Shown: piece by piece, positions 29,443 through 39,750 of the stretch | How positions within the stretch are numbered: the first letter of the stretch is position 1 | Layout of the letters: every line of letters starts with the position of its first letter | DNA from: Thermoanaerobaculia bacterium | GTDB taxonomy: Bacteria > Acidobacteriota > Thermoanaerobaculia > UBA5066 | NCBI GenBank assembly: GCA_963816185.1 | Contig: CAWFJJ010000025.1 | Coordinates: 480,001-544,000 of the forward strand | Direction of reading: 5' to 3' | DNA length: 64,000 bases | The notes under the pieces: model-generated | The model's database searches: none | What the model saw: only the letters and a program-made list of their open reading frames with translations | Told to the model about the DNA's origin: nothing | Translations under genes and position numbers: made by a program

Positions 29443-30423
29443 ATGAAGACCGCCTTCACCGAAGCGGCCGGCGTCGAGGTGCCGCTGATCTGCGGGGCGA
29501 TGTATCCGTGCAGCAACCCCGAGCTCGTGGCGGCGGTCTCCGAGGCCGGGGGACTCGGCGTCGTGCAGCCGCTTTCCCTCGTCTTCGTCCACGGGCGCGA
29601 TTTCCGGGCGGGGCTGCGCGAGATCAAGGCCCTCACGGAGAAACCGATCGGCGTGAACGTCCTCACCGAGAGGTCGCTCTCCGCGGTCTATGCCAAGCGC
29701 ATGTCGCGCTGGGTGGACGAGGCGCTGGAGGAAGGCGTGCGTTTCTTCGTGACGGCGCTCGGCGATCCTCGATGGGTCGTCCAGCGCGTCCATGCAGCCG
29801 GCGGCGTCGTCTACCACGACGTCATCGACCGGCGCTGGGCGGAAAAGGCTCTCGAGAAAGGCGTGGACGGCCTCATCTGCGTGAACTGCCGGGCCGGCGG
29901 CCATCTCGGCAGGCTTGGACCGGAAGAGCTGTACGCGTCCCTGGCCGGCTTCGGGGTGCCGCTCGTCTGCGCAGGCGGCGTCGGAAGCGAGCGGGAGTTC
30001 AAGGCGATGCTGGGCATCGGGTACGCAGCGGTCCAGGCCGGCACGCGCTTCATCGCGACGAAAGAGTGCACGGCTCACGCGGACTACAAGAAGGCGATCC
30101 TCGACGCGGAGGAGGACGACGTCGTCGCGACGGAGAGGATCACGGGCGTGCCCTTGTCGGTGATCCGAACGCCCTTCATCGAGCGCATGGGGACGAAGGC
30201 GGGGCCGCTCGCGCGCCTCATGCTCAAGGGCCGGAAGACGAAGCACCTCGTCCGCGGCTATTACTCGCTGAGATCGGCGTTCACTCTCAAGGGCGCCTCT
30301 CTCAAGGGCGCGACGTCGAGCGACTGCTGGCAGGCGGGGAAGAGCGTCGCGACGATCGAGAAGGTCGAGCCGGCGGGCGAGATCGTGCGCCGCTTCGCGG
30401 CGGCGGGGGCCTCAGCGGGCTGA
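29443..30423 (+). CDS. Nitronate monooxygenase / FabK-like FMN enzyme
   Basis: PLICGAM, AVSEAGGLG, AGGH, CAGGVG, GTRFIATKE. Confidence 0.88.
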   Translation: MKTAFTEAAGVEVPLICGAMYPCSNPELVAAVSEAGGLGVVQPLSLVFVHGRDFRAGLREIKALTEKPIGVNVLTERSLSAVYAKRMSRWVDEALEEGVRFFVTALGDPRWVVQRVHAAGGVVYHDVIDRRWAEKALEKGVDGLICVNCRAGGHLGRLGPEELYASLAGFGVPLVCAGGVGSEREFKAMLGIGYAAVQAGTRFIATKECTAHADYKKAILDAEEDDVVATERITGVPLSVIRTPFIERMGTKAGPLARLMLKGRKTKHLVRGYYSLRSAFTLKGASLKGATSSDCWQAGKSVATIEKVEPAGEIVRRFAAAGASAG

Positions 30424-30426
30424 GGC

Positions 30427-31857
30427 TCAGCCCCCTTTGGGGTGGCGGAGGCGCGTAGAAAGACACGGCCCGGACGTTCTCGTCGATCGAAAGGCGCTGC
30501 TGCACCGGCGGGAATGCGCGCTGCTCGCAGTCGGTGCGCTCGCAGAGCCGGCAGGACGTGCCGATGGGGACGAGGGCTTCGTCGTTCGTCACGTCCACGC
30601 CGTCCGCGTAGACGAGGCGCTTCGCGTGCGCCAGCGCGCAGCCGAGCCCGACCGCGAGGAGCGTGTGGCCCGCCGTAGCCGCCGCGGCGCGCGCGGATGG
30701 TGCGCGCGATGCAGAAGTACTTCGCGCCGTCGGGCATGATCGAGAGCTGCGTCCGGATGTTGCCGGGCGACATGAACGCCTTGTGCACGTTCCAGCGCGG
30801 GCAGGAGCCGAGAAGCGTGCGAAGCGGATGCCGGAGGCGGAGAAGCGCTTGGACGTGTTTCCGGCGATGTCGACGCGGACGAAATGGAACGGCACGCCGG
30901 AGGCGCCGGCCTCTGGAGAGTCGTGAGGCGGTGGCAGACCTGCTCGAAGCTCGTCCGGAAGCGGTGGCCGAGGAGCTCGATGTCGTAGCGCTCGGCTTCG
31001 GCCGCCGCGAGGAACGGCTCGTACGGCATGAGAACCGCGGACGCGAAGTAGTTCGACAGCGCGATGCGGCCGAGCGTGACCGAGTCGGGCGTCGTGAGGT
31101 GCTCGGCGTCGAGGATCTCCTGGAACTCCCGCGAGAGCGTCAGGAGGCCGATCTGCTGGGCAATGTTGAAATTCGGCTGCGCGGGGCGAGGACTCGGAAA
31201 GCGAGAGGCGTTTGGTCTCGGGGTCGTACCGGCGTAAGGCCGTGCCGCTCTTCTCGATCGTCACGATCGAGACCTCGACGCCGTGGACGTCGCGCAGGTG
31301 GCGGACCATCGTCCCGTAGAGGTCGTCCGGCTCGAGGCGCGCCTCGCGAATCAGAGCTTTCGGCAGCCGCTTCGAGCGACGGAAAATAATTCCGGTTCCT
31401 CTGGATGAGGTCCGAGACCTCCTCCGAGGGCAGGCCCGCGAGGTCCGTCCCGGGAGCTGTGCGTTCTCGGAAATCCGGGCCGCGAGAGCTTCGACGGTCT
31501 CCCGCGAGCTCTGGTACGCGTGATAGAGCGTGAGGACGGCGCGCGCCGCCGCGGGCTGCCCGGCGAGCTCGGCGACGTCGTTCGTCGTGAGCTCGTGCTC
31601 CTCGAAGAGCGGATCCACGAACACTTCGCGAAGGTCCTCTCCGAGGCGCACCCCTCGTCCTCGGCGAAGGTCGCGACTCGACGCGGAAGAGCTGCGCGAG
31701 CTTCACGAGCAGCGTAGCCGTGAGCGGCCGCTGGTCGTGCTCGATGAGGTTGAGGTAGCTGGCCGAGACCCGAGCTTCTCGGCGAGCTGAGCTTGCGTCA
31801 GCGTGTTCTGCCTGCGAAGGGAGCGCACGCGGCGCCCCATGTTGCTCTTCTGGCCAT
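30427..31857 (-). pseudogene. ScfR/RamB/PrpR-family short-chain acyl-CoA regulator, many frameshifts
   Basis: Fragments: VSASYLNLIEHDQRPLT (XRE HTH), FRTSFEQVCHRLTTLQRP, VPFHFVRVDIAGNTSKRFS, PIGTSCRLCERTDCEQRAFP; ends approximate. Confidence 0.85.
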
Positions 31858-31878
31858 CGGACCTCTCGCGGGGCGAAT

Positions 31879-31994
31879 GCTACAGCGGATTTACAAGACA
31901 TTACAGATTTTCAGCCGAAGTGAGATATGACATGACTTCACAACTCATTGCAGGTCAATTCTTTATTGACGTTGGCCTGCATGATGCAAAGAAT
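31879..31994 (+). promoter_or_regulatory. Divergent regulator/aceA control region
   Basis: AT-rich; TTGACG(31966)-17 bp-AAGAAT; TACA repeats at 31881/31892/31902. Confidence 0.5.
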
Positions 31995-32016
31995 CATTCT
32001 CAGAAAGGGAACGCCC

Positions 32017-33315
32017 ATGGCCAGCCATTTCGAAGACGACTCCCGCACCCTCGAAGCCCGCTGGAAGTCAGACCCGCGCTGGGAGGGCGTGATCCGCGGC
32101 TATTCGGCCGCGGATGTCGTGCGGCTCCGCGGTTCCGTGAAGATCGCGTACACGCTCGCCGAGATGGGGGCCGAGCGTCTCTGGCAGCTTCTTCACCAGG
32201 AAGGCTTCGTCTCCGCGCTGGGCGCGCTCACGGGCAACCAGGCGCGTCCAGCAGGTCAAGGCGGGTCTGAAGGCGATCTATCTCTCGCGGCTGGCAGGTC
32301 GCCGCCGACGCGAACCTCGCGGGGCAGATGTATCCGGACCAGAGCCTGTATCCCGTGAACAGCGTGCCGGCGCGTGGTCAAGCGCATCAACCAGACGCTC
32401 CAGCGCGCCGACCAGATCCACAACGCGGAAGGCGAAGAACGGCCATCACTGGTTCGCGCCGATCGTGGCCGACGCCGAGGCGGGCTTCGGCGGGCCGCTG
32501 AACGCGTTCGAGCTGATGAAGGCCATGATCGAGGCCGGGAGCCGCCGGCGTCCATTTCGAGGACCAGCTCGCGTCGGAGAAGAAGTGCGGCCACATGGGC
32601 GGCAAGGTGCTGGTCCCGACGTCGGCCATTCCATCCGCACGCTCGTGGCCGCGCGGCTGGCCGCCGACGTGATGCGGCGTCCCGACGCTCATCATGGCGC
32701 GCACGGACGCCGAACGGCGCGCACCTCATCACGAGCGACGTCGACGAGCGGGACCGCCCCTTCCTGACCGGCGAGCGCACGCCCGAGGGCTTCTTCCGCA
32801 TGCGCGGCGGGCTCGACGCGGCGATCGCGCGCGGCATCGCGTACGCGCCGTACGCCGACCTGGTGTGGTGCGAGACCGCCGAGCCGGACCTCGCCGAGGC
32901 GCGCGCGGTTCGCCGAGGAGGTCCACGCGCAGCTTCCCGGGAAAGCTGCTGGCATACAACTGCTCGCCGTCCTTCAACTGGAAGAAGAAGCTGGACGACG
33001 CGACGATCGCGAAGTTCCAGCGCGAGCTCGGCGGCGATGGGCTACAGGTTCCAGTTCGTCACGCTGGCGGGCTTCCACGCGCTGAACTACGGCATGTTCG
33101 AGCTGGCACGCGCCTACAAGCGACGAGGGCATGACGGCGTACTCGCGACCTCCAGGAGCGCGAGTTCGCGAGCGAGGCCGCGGGCTACACGGCCGTGAAG
33201 CACCAGCGCGAGGTGGGCACGGGCTACTTCGACGAGGTGGCGAGCGTCATCGCGGCCGGCCACTTTCGACGGCGCGCTCCAGGACTCGACGGAGACGGCG
33301 CAGTTCGAGGGCGTC
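32017..33315 (+). pseudogene. aceA: Isocitrate lyase, many frameshifts
   Basis: Fragments: [80 protein letters not shown]; end approximate. Confidence 0.92.
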
Positions 33316-34711
33316 AGGCCGGCGCCCTGGGCCCCAGCTTGTTGTAGGCGTCCAGCGCCGCGACCTTGTAGCACTCCGCGAACGTGGGGTAATTGAAGAC
33401 CGTCTCGACGAGGACGTCGAGCGTCCCGTGGAACGTGAGGAAGGCCTGACCGATGTGGACGAGCTCCGTCGCGGCCGTGCCGAGAATGTGAACGCCGAGG
33501 ATCTGGCGCGTCTCGCGGTGCACGAGGATCTTCAGGACCCCCGTGTCGTCGCCGAGAATCGCCCCGCGCGCGATCTCGCGGTAGTGCGCGACTCCGGTTT
33601 CGTAGGGGACGTCGTTCTTCGTGAGCTCTTCCTCGGTCTTGCCCACCATCGAGAGCTCGGGGATGGAATAGATGCCGATCGGGAAGAGGTGCGGCATCGA
33701 CGTCGTGGTGATGCCGAACGCGTGGCAGGCCGCGAGCCGGCCCTGCTCGAGCGAGGTGGACGCGAGCGCGGGGAAACCGATGATGTCGCCCGCCGCGTAG
33801 ATGTGCGCCTGCTGCGTCTGGTAGTCGGCGTTCACGACGAGACGGCCGCGGTCGTCGGCCGCGAGGCCGGCGGCCGGGAGATCGAGGTCGGCCGTCGCCC
33901 CGATGCGGCCGATCGAGTAGAGGAGGAGATCGCCGACGATTCGCTTGCCGCTCCTGAGCAGGGCGACGGCGCGGTGCGGGGCCTCGACGTGCACGTCGGT
34001 GACCTCCTCGCCGAGGCGCAGCGTGCAGTTCATGTTGCGCATCGCGTAGGAGAGGGCCTCGGCGATCTCGCCGTCCACGAAGTCGAGAAGGCGCGGCCGC
34101 TGGTCGACGAGCGTCACGCCGACGCCGAGGGCCGCGAACATCGACGCGTACTCGACGCCGATGACGCCGCTGCCGACGACGATCATGGTGCGCGGGAGGA
34201 GCTTGAGGCCGAGGATGCCGTCGGAATCCAGGATCGTCTCCCCGTCCACGGCGACCCCCGGCGGGGCCGCGGGCCGCGTGCCCGTCGCGATGACGATCTT
34301 GTCCGCGTCGACCTCGGTCGTCCCCGCCAGACCCGTCACCGCGAGCGTGTGAGGCGACGTGAACTTCGCGGCCCCGGCGATCAGCGTGACGCCGTTCCTC
34401 CTCATCTGCGCGCGGATGACCTCGATCTCGCGCTTGATGACGGCATGGCACCGAAAGAGGAGGTCCTCGGCGGTGATGTTCTCCTTCACGGAGTACGACG
34501 CGCCGTACATCCCGCGCTGCGCGAAGCCCGAGAGGTAGAGCACGGCTTCGCGGAACGTCTTCGAAGGAATCGTGCCCGTGTTGATGCACACGCCGCCCAC
34601 GACCTCGCGCTTCTCGCAGATCCCGACCTTCCTGCCGAGCTTCGCCGCCTGAACGGCCGCACGCTGCCCGGCCGGACCCGTGCCGATGACGAAAAGTTCG
34701 AACTTCTCCAT
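33314..34711 (-). CDS. sthA: Soluble pyridine nucleotide transhydrogenase
   Basis: [24 protein letters not shown] (single Cys), C-terminal [15 protein letters not shown]. Confidence 0.9.
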   Translation of the reverse strand: MEKFELFVIGTGPAGQRAAVQAAKLGRKVGICEKREVVGGVCINTGTIPSKTFREAVLYLSGFAQRGMYGASYSVKENITAEDLLFRCHAVIKREIEVIRAQMRRNGVTLIAGAAKFTSPHTLAVTGLAGTTEVDADKIVIATGTRPAAPPGVAVDGETILDSDGILGLKLLPRTMIVVGSGVIGVEYASMFAALGVGVTLVDQRPRLLDFVDGEIAEALSYAMRNMNCTLRLGEEVTDVHVEAPHRAVALLRSGKRIVGDLLLYSIGRIGATADLDLPAAGLAADDRGRLVVNADYQTQQAHIYAAGDIIGFPALASTSLEQGRLAACHAFGITTTSMPHLFPIGIYSIPELSMVGKTEEELTKNDVPYETGVAHYREIARGAILGDDTGVLKILVHRETRQILGVHILGTAATELVHIGQAFLTFHGTLDVLVETVFNYPTFAECYKVAALDAYNKLGPRAPA

Positions 34712-34851
34712 GCCGGAGGGATTCTACGAGGCGGTGTCGGGAGCGCGTGCGACAGCCGATTCCCCTTTCGCGATGCGGATAGACTCGTGCCGAGAACCGC
34801 CGCGCCGGGATTTCGTAAGAGAAGACTCGAGAGAAGGCCCGGGAAGAACGC

Positions 34852-35955
34852 ATGCCGACGGACTGGAAGAGCCTGGCGAAGGAAACGATTCACTCCTTCG
34901 ACGCCGACGAAGTGCGCGGCATGTGGGACGTGGACTTTCGGCGGGCGACCAAGGTCTTTCTCGCCGACCACGAAGACGAGATCGCCGCGGAGAGACGCGG
35001 GTGGAAAAAGGCCCTGCGCCAGACGAATGCGGTCGTCTTCGGCCTCGCGAAGCGGCTCGCGCCGCCGCGCCGGCTCGTGTTCGCCGTCGCGCTCCTCCTG
35101 ACGATCCTCGGTGTCCTCGAGACCGTGTTCGGAAACGGCGCCGAAGGCTGGCCGTTCGCGGCCGTTTACGTGTCGGTCCTCGCGCTCGCCTTTCTCCTCG
35201 CGATGGAGCTCGTCGACAAACTGCACTTCAAGGACGAGCTCGTCATGGCGCGCGACCTCCAGGCGCAGCTCATTCCGCGTGTTCTCCCGGAGATCGGGGC
35301 GTTCGAGCTCGGGGCTTTCAACCGGATCGCGAACACGGTCGGCGGCGATCTCTACGCGTTCGAGCCTCTCGAGGACGGGCGCCTCGCGATCCTCTTCGGT
35401 GACGCCTCGGGCCACGGGATGGCGGCGGGCCTCGTCATGGCGGTCACGCACGCGGTCTTTCGCACGCAGCTTCCCGTCGATCCGTCCCCCGCCGCGATGG
35501 TCCACGCGCTGAACCGCGTCTTGTGCGAGACAGGAAACGCCCGCTCGTTCTTCGCCGGCATCTACGCGCTCCTCGAGCCGGGCGGCGACGTGACGGCGAT
35601 CGTCGCGGGCCACCCGCCCGTCCTCAAGGTGGATGTGGACGGGCGCGTCGGGGCGCGCCTCGGCACGGGCTCCTATCCGCTGGGCATCAGAAAGAAAGGC
35701 GGCTACGTGCCCGTGACGACCACCCTCGCGCCCGGTGAGTTGCTCCTTTTCCATTCCGACGGCCTCTCCGAGGCGCGCGGCCCCGGCGGGGAGGAGTTCG
35801 GCGACGCGCGCATCGAGAGCGTTGTCTTCCGCAGGGCGGGGACGCGGCCGTACGAGGTGGTCGCGGCACTCGTTCAGGACCTCGACGTCTTCATGGGCCG
35901 GGTCGCCGCGGATGACGACGTCTCGATCGCGGCGGTCAGACGCAAGAGAGCGTGA
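34852..35955 (+). CDS. PP2C/SpoIIE-family phosphatase (RsbU-like), membrane-bound
   Basis: VGGDLY, GDASGHG, AGHPP, SDGLSEA, DDDVS. Confidence 0.9.
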   Translation: MPTDWKSLAKETIHSFDADEVRGMWDVDFRRATKVFLADHEDEIAAERRGWKKALRQTNAVVFGLAKRLAPPRRLVFAVALLLTILGVLETVFGNGAEGWPFAAVYVSVLALAFLLAMELVDKLHFKDELVMARDLQAQLIPRVLPEIGAFELGAFNRIANTVGGDLYAFEPLEDGRLAILFGDASGHGMAAGLVMAVTHAVFRTQLPVDPSPAAMVHALNRVLCETGNARSFFAGIYALLEPGGDVTAIVAGHPPVLKVDVDGRVGARLGTGSYPLGIRKKGGYVPVTTTLAPGELLLFHSDGLSEARGPGGEEFGDARIESVVFRRAGTRPYEVVAALVQDLDVFMGRVAADDDVSIAAVRRKRA

Positions 35956-36827
35956 GCGGAGATCCGGCGCCCCTCTCGCCGATTCGGGGGCGGCTTCTCG
36001 TCGTGGCGGCCGCGCTCCTGTGGTCGACGGGCGGGCTCGCGATCAAGCTCGTGCCGCTGCCGGCGCTCGGCGTCGCCTTCTGGCGGTCGTTCGTGTCGGC
36101 GCTCTTCCTCGTCGCCGTCTTCCGCCCGGCGCGCGCGCGCTGGCGGCACGCTTCGGCCTCGACGTCGCTCATCTACGCGCTCATGATCCTGAGCTTCGTC
36201 TCGGCGACGAAGATGACGACGGCCGCGAACGCGATCTTCCTCCAGTACACAGGCCCGCTCTACGTCCTCGCCTTCGCCCCGTTCCTCCTCAAGGAGCGCT
36301 TCCGGCGCGCCGACGCCGTGGCCGTGGCGATCGCGCTCTCGGGCATGTCGCTCTTCTTCGTCGGCAGGCTCGATCCGGGCGCGCTCGCTGGGAATCTCAT
36401 GGCGGTCGTCGCGGGCTTCTTCTTCGGGCTCGTGATCCTCTTCCTCAGGCGCGACGCCGCGGGAGACGCGATTCCCTCGGTCATCGCGGGGAACTTCCTC
36501 GCGGCGGCGCTCGCGTTTCCATTCGCGCTCGGCCACCTCGCGCTCGACGGGCGCGGGGTCCTCCTCATTCTCTTCCTCGGCATCGTCCAGCTGGGCGTCA
36601 GCTACGTGCTTTTCTTACGCGGACTGGCGGTCGTGCCGGCGGCGGAGGCGTCGCTCCTCGGCATGCTCGAGCCCATGTTCAACCCCCTCTGGGCTTTCCT
36701 GGGACTCGGCGAGAGGCCGTCGGCGTGGGCGCTCCTAGGCGGCGCGATCGTACTCTCGGCCGTCGCGGGCCGTACGGTTTTCGGCTGGAGAGCCGGGGAT
36801 CCCGCGCCTCTGCCATCGCCGGACTGA
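35952..36827 (+). CDS. DMT/EamA transporter
   Basis: About 10 TMs, LWSTGG, ANAIFLQYTGP, LEPMFNPLW. Confidence 0.9.
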   Translation: MSGDPAPLSPIRGRLLVVAAALLWSTGGLAIKLVPLPALGVAFWRSFVSALFLVAVFRPARARWRHASASTSLIYALMILSFVSATKMTTAANAIFLQYTGPLYVLAFAPFLLKERFRRADAVAVAIALSGMSLFFVGRLDPGALAGNLMAVVAGFFFGLVILFLRRDAAGDAIPSVIAGNFLAAALAFPFALGHLALDGRGVLLILFLGIVQLGVSYVLFLRGLAVVPAAEASLLGMLEPMFNPLWAFLGLGERPSAWALLGGAIVLSAVAGRTVFGWRAGDPAPLPSPD

Positions 36828-36837
36828 AGGAGGAGCC

Positions 36838-37389
36838 ATGCCGCGCTTCATCGCCTTTCTCCGCGCCCTGAACGTCGGCGGCCACGGCGTCGTGAAGATG
36901 GAGGCGTTGAAGAAGCACTTCACGGCGATGGGTTTCTCGGAAGTCGAGAGCTTCATCGCGAGCGGGAACGTGGTGTTTTCTTCGAAGAGTGCGAAGGGCC
37001 TCGACGGGAAGATCGAGGCGGGGCTGGCGGGGGCGCTCGGCATTGAGGTGCCCGTTTTCGTCCGCACGCTCGAGGAGCTTCTCGCGCTCGCGGGTCATCA
37101 CCCGTTCCCCGAGAAGGCAGTGACGGCGGCGCCAACGTACCTTGTGGGATTTCTTTCGAAGGATCTCGACGCCGAAGGCGTCGATCGGCTTTCGGCGCTC
37201 GAGACGAACGCAGACCGCTTCCACGTCCGCGGACGGGACTTCTGGTGGCTCTCGCGGCACGGACAGAACAAGCCCGCGATCTCGGGCCGCGCCCTCGAGA
37301 AAGCCCTCGGCCAGCCGACGACGCTGCGCAACGTGAACACGGTCCGCCGAATGGCGGAGCGGTACGGAGACAGGAAGAAGATTTCTTAG
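36838..37389 (+). CDS. DUF1697-family protein
   Basis: AFLRALNVGG...IASGNVVF...TLRNVNTV. Confidence 0.88.
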   Translation: MPRFIAFLRALNVGGHGVVKMEALKKHFTAMGFSEVESFIASGNVVFSSKSAKGLDGKIEAGLAGALGIEVPVFVRTLEELLALAGHHPFPEKAVTAAPTYLVGFLSKDLDAEGVDRLSALETNADRFHVRGRDFWWLSRHGQNKPAISGRALEKALGQPTTLRNVNTVRRMAERYGDRKKIS

Positions 37390-37548
37390 ATGGAGAGAGG
37401 GCGAGTGCTGGACGCATCCGCTCCTCGTCGCGTCGACAGTCTCGCCCGCAGTCTTTACCTTCTGAGAAAATCCTCGAGGTCTGGGCGGCGATCTCGGAGG
37501 AATTCGAAACGGCGGCGTGACCGGCCCTCGAAACCCCTAGAATGACTC

Positions 37549-39750
37549 ATGCCATCCACGGTGCAAAGGGTTTTCCTTAGTCCGGGCCCCCTCCTCGTTC
37601 TCGCGCTCGCCGCCTCGCCTCTGGCTCTTTCTGCGGCGGCCCCTCCCCGCGTCATCGTCCTCGGCTTCGACGGCGCGGACCACGCGCTCGTCGCCAAGAG
37701 CGTCGCCGAGGGCCGCCTTCCGAATCTCGCGGCTCTCGCGGCGAAGGGCGGATTCACGGCGCTGACGCCCACGATTCCGGCGCAGACACCCGTGTCCTGG
37801 TCCACGTTCTCCACCGGCCTCTCGCCCGGCCGCACGCTGATCTTCGATTTCCTGAAGCGGGATCCGAAGACCTACCGCCCCGAGTTCGCGATCGAGGAAG
37901 AGGGAAAGAAGAGTTTTCTGTTCGGAAAAGGAAATCGCGTCGCCGTGCCGGCGGTGCTGGGCGCGCTGGCGTTTCTCCTCGTGTGGGGCCTGCTGAAGAT
38001 TCTTCTTAGAAGGCGCGGGGAGGCGGCAGCACGCCGCGCCGCCCGCACCGCGTCCGTGGCCCCCCTTCTTGCCGCGCTGGGGGCGGCGGCCATCTTCACT
38101 TTCATAGGAATGCGAATCTCTTCTCTTCTTCCCACGGAAATCCCCTGGCCGACCAACAACCGCCGCGGGACTCCGTTCTGGGAGGAGGCGGGGCGGAAGG
38201 GAATCTCGTCCGTGGTCATGCACGTGCCGGTGACGTTTCCCGCCGTGGATTACGACCGCGGGAGGCTGATTTCCGGGCTCGGCGTGACGGACGTGCGCGG
38301 GCGGGTCGGGACGCCGAGCTACTACACGTCGGATCCGTTCTTCGCCCCGAAGAACAAGAACGAGTTCTCGGTGGAGCTCGTGCGGCTCGAGTCGAACAAG
38401 GGCACGATCGAGACGGAGGTCTTCGGGCCGTACAACAAGCTCTTCAAGGAGCCGCCCGTCATCAAGACGCCGATGACGCTCACGGTCGCCGCCGACGGCG
38501 GCAGCCTGACCGTCGCGCCGAAGGGCTCTCGACCGCTGACCCTGAAGGTCGGCGAGTGGTCGCCGTGGGTCGTCTTCAAGTTCCCGTTCAACTCCCTCGT
38601 GAAGATGACGGGCATCGGGCGCTTCCACCTCGCGTCGCTCTCGCCCGAGATCAAGCTCTACCTCTCGCCGATTCACTTCAATCCGGCGGATCTCCCTTCT
38701 TCGGTGAAGATCACGGCGCCCGGGGCCCTCTCGAAGAAGCTCGCGGACCGCTACGGCCTTTTCAAGACGATGGGCTGGCTGATCGACACGTGGTCGATGA
38801 GCGAGGAGACGATCGACGAAAAGACGTTTCTCGAGGACGTGGACCACACGGTCGAGCCGTTCCGGAAGATGATGAACGACTTCCTCGACGACAAGGACGT
38901 GCGGCTTTTCGTCCAGATTTACGAGTTCCCCGACCGCGTCGAGCACTGCTTCTGGCGCTTTCTCGACCCGCAGCATCCCGCGTACGACGCCGCGAAAGCC
39001 GCCGTGTGGGCGCCCGCCGTGGAAAGGACCCTCGAGAAGATGGACGCGATCGTGGGCGACGCGATGAAAAAGCTGGGTCCCGAGGACATCCTGATTGTCC
39101 TGTCCGACCACGGATTCACGACGTGGCGGCGGTCGGTGAACTACAACACGTGGCTCGTCCAGAACGGCTTCATGACGCTCAAGGGCGGCGACGGCTCGCG
39201 GGCGGCCGACCTCGAGATGCTCTTCGGGCAGGGGGAGTTCTGGCCGAACGTGGACTGGACGAAGACGAAGGCCTACGCGATGGGGCTCGGCGACATCTAC
39301 ATCAACCTCAAAGGGCGCGAGGGGCAGGGGTGCGTCTCGCCTGGCGCCGAGTACGAGGCCGTGCGCGACGAGATCAGGAGAAGGCTCGTGACGCTCGTGG
39401 ATCCGAAGACTGGCCAGCGCGCCGTGTCGCGCATCTTCACGCGCGAGGAGGCCTATGGCTCGTTCGACGCCGACGTCATCCCGGACCTCATCGTGACGAA
39501 CACGGCGGGCACGCGCATCGGCTGGCAGGGCAGCCTCGGCGTCGTGTCGAAGGAGATGTTCGAGGACAACAATCAGGTCTGGTCCGGCGACCACTGCTCG
39601 CTCGACCCCGCGGTCGTCCCGGGAATCCTTTTCGCGAATCGCGCGCTTCCAACGGGTAAGCAGCCGGGAATCGCGGACGTTCCGGCCACGATCTATCACG
39701 TACTCGGGATCACGCCGCCCGCGAAGCTCGACGGGGTGCCGCTCTTCTGA
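37549..39750 (+). CDS. Type I phosphodiesterase/nucleotide pyrophosphatase (alkaline phosphatase superfamily)
   Basis: LGFDGAD, TPVSWSTFSTG, DRVEH, SDHGF, SGDH. Confidence 0.88.
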   Translation: MPSTVQRVFLSPGPLLVLALAASPLALSAAAPPRVIVLGFDGADHALVAKSVAEGRLPNLAALAAKGGFTALTPTIPAQTPVSWSTFSTGLSPGRTLIFDFLKRDPKTYRPEFAIEEEGKKSFLFGKGNRVAVPAVLGALAFLLVWGLLKILLRRRGEAAARRAARTASVAPLLAALGAAAIFTFIGMRISSLLPTEIPWPTNNRRGTPFWEEAGRKGISSVVMHVPVTFPAVDYDRGRLISGLGVTDVRGRVGTPSYYTSDPFFAPKNKNEFSVELVRLESNKGTIETEVFGPYNKLFKEPPVIKTPMTLTVAADGGSLTVAPKGSRPLTLKVGEWSPWVVFKFPFNSLVKMTGIGRFHLASLSPEIKLYLSPIHFNPADLPSSVKITAPGALSKKLADRYGLFKTMGWLIDTWSMSEETIDEKTFLEDVDHTVEPFRKMMNDFLDDKDVRLFVQIYEFPDRVEHCFWRFLDPQHPAYDAAKAAVWAPAVERTLEKMDAIVGDAMKKLGPEDILIVLSDHGFTTWRRSVNYNTWLVQNGFMTLKGGDGSRAADLEMLFGQGEFWPNVDWTKTKAYAMGLGDIYINLKGREGQGCVSPGAEYEAVRDEIRRRLVTLVDPKTGQRAVSRIFTREEAYGSFDADVIPDLIVTNTAGTRIGWQGSLGVVSKEMFEDNNQVWSGDHCSLDPAVVPGILFANRALPTGKQPGIADVPATIYHVLGITPPAKLDGVPLF

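Noticed and set aside
30427-33315. Programmed frameshifting in aceA or its regulator
   Set aside because: Too many scattered indels and no consistent slippery motifs
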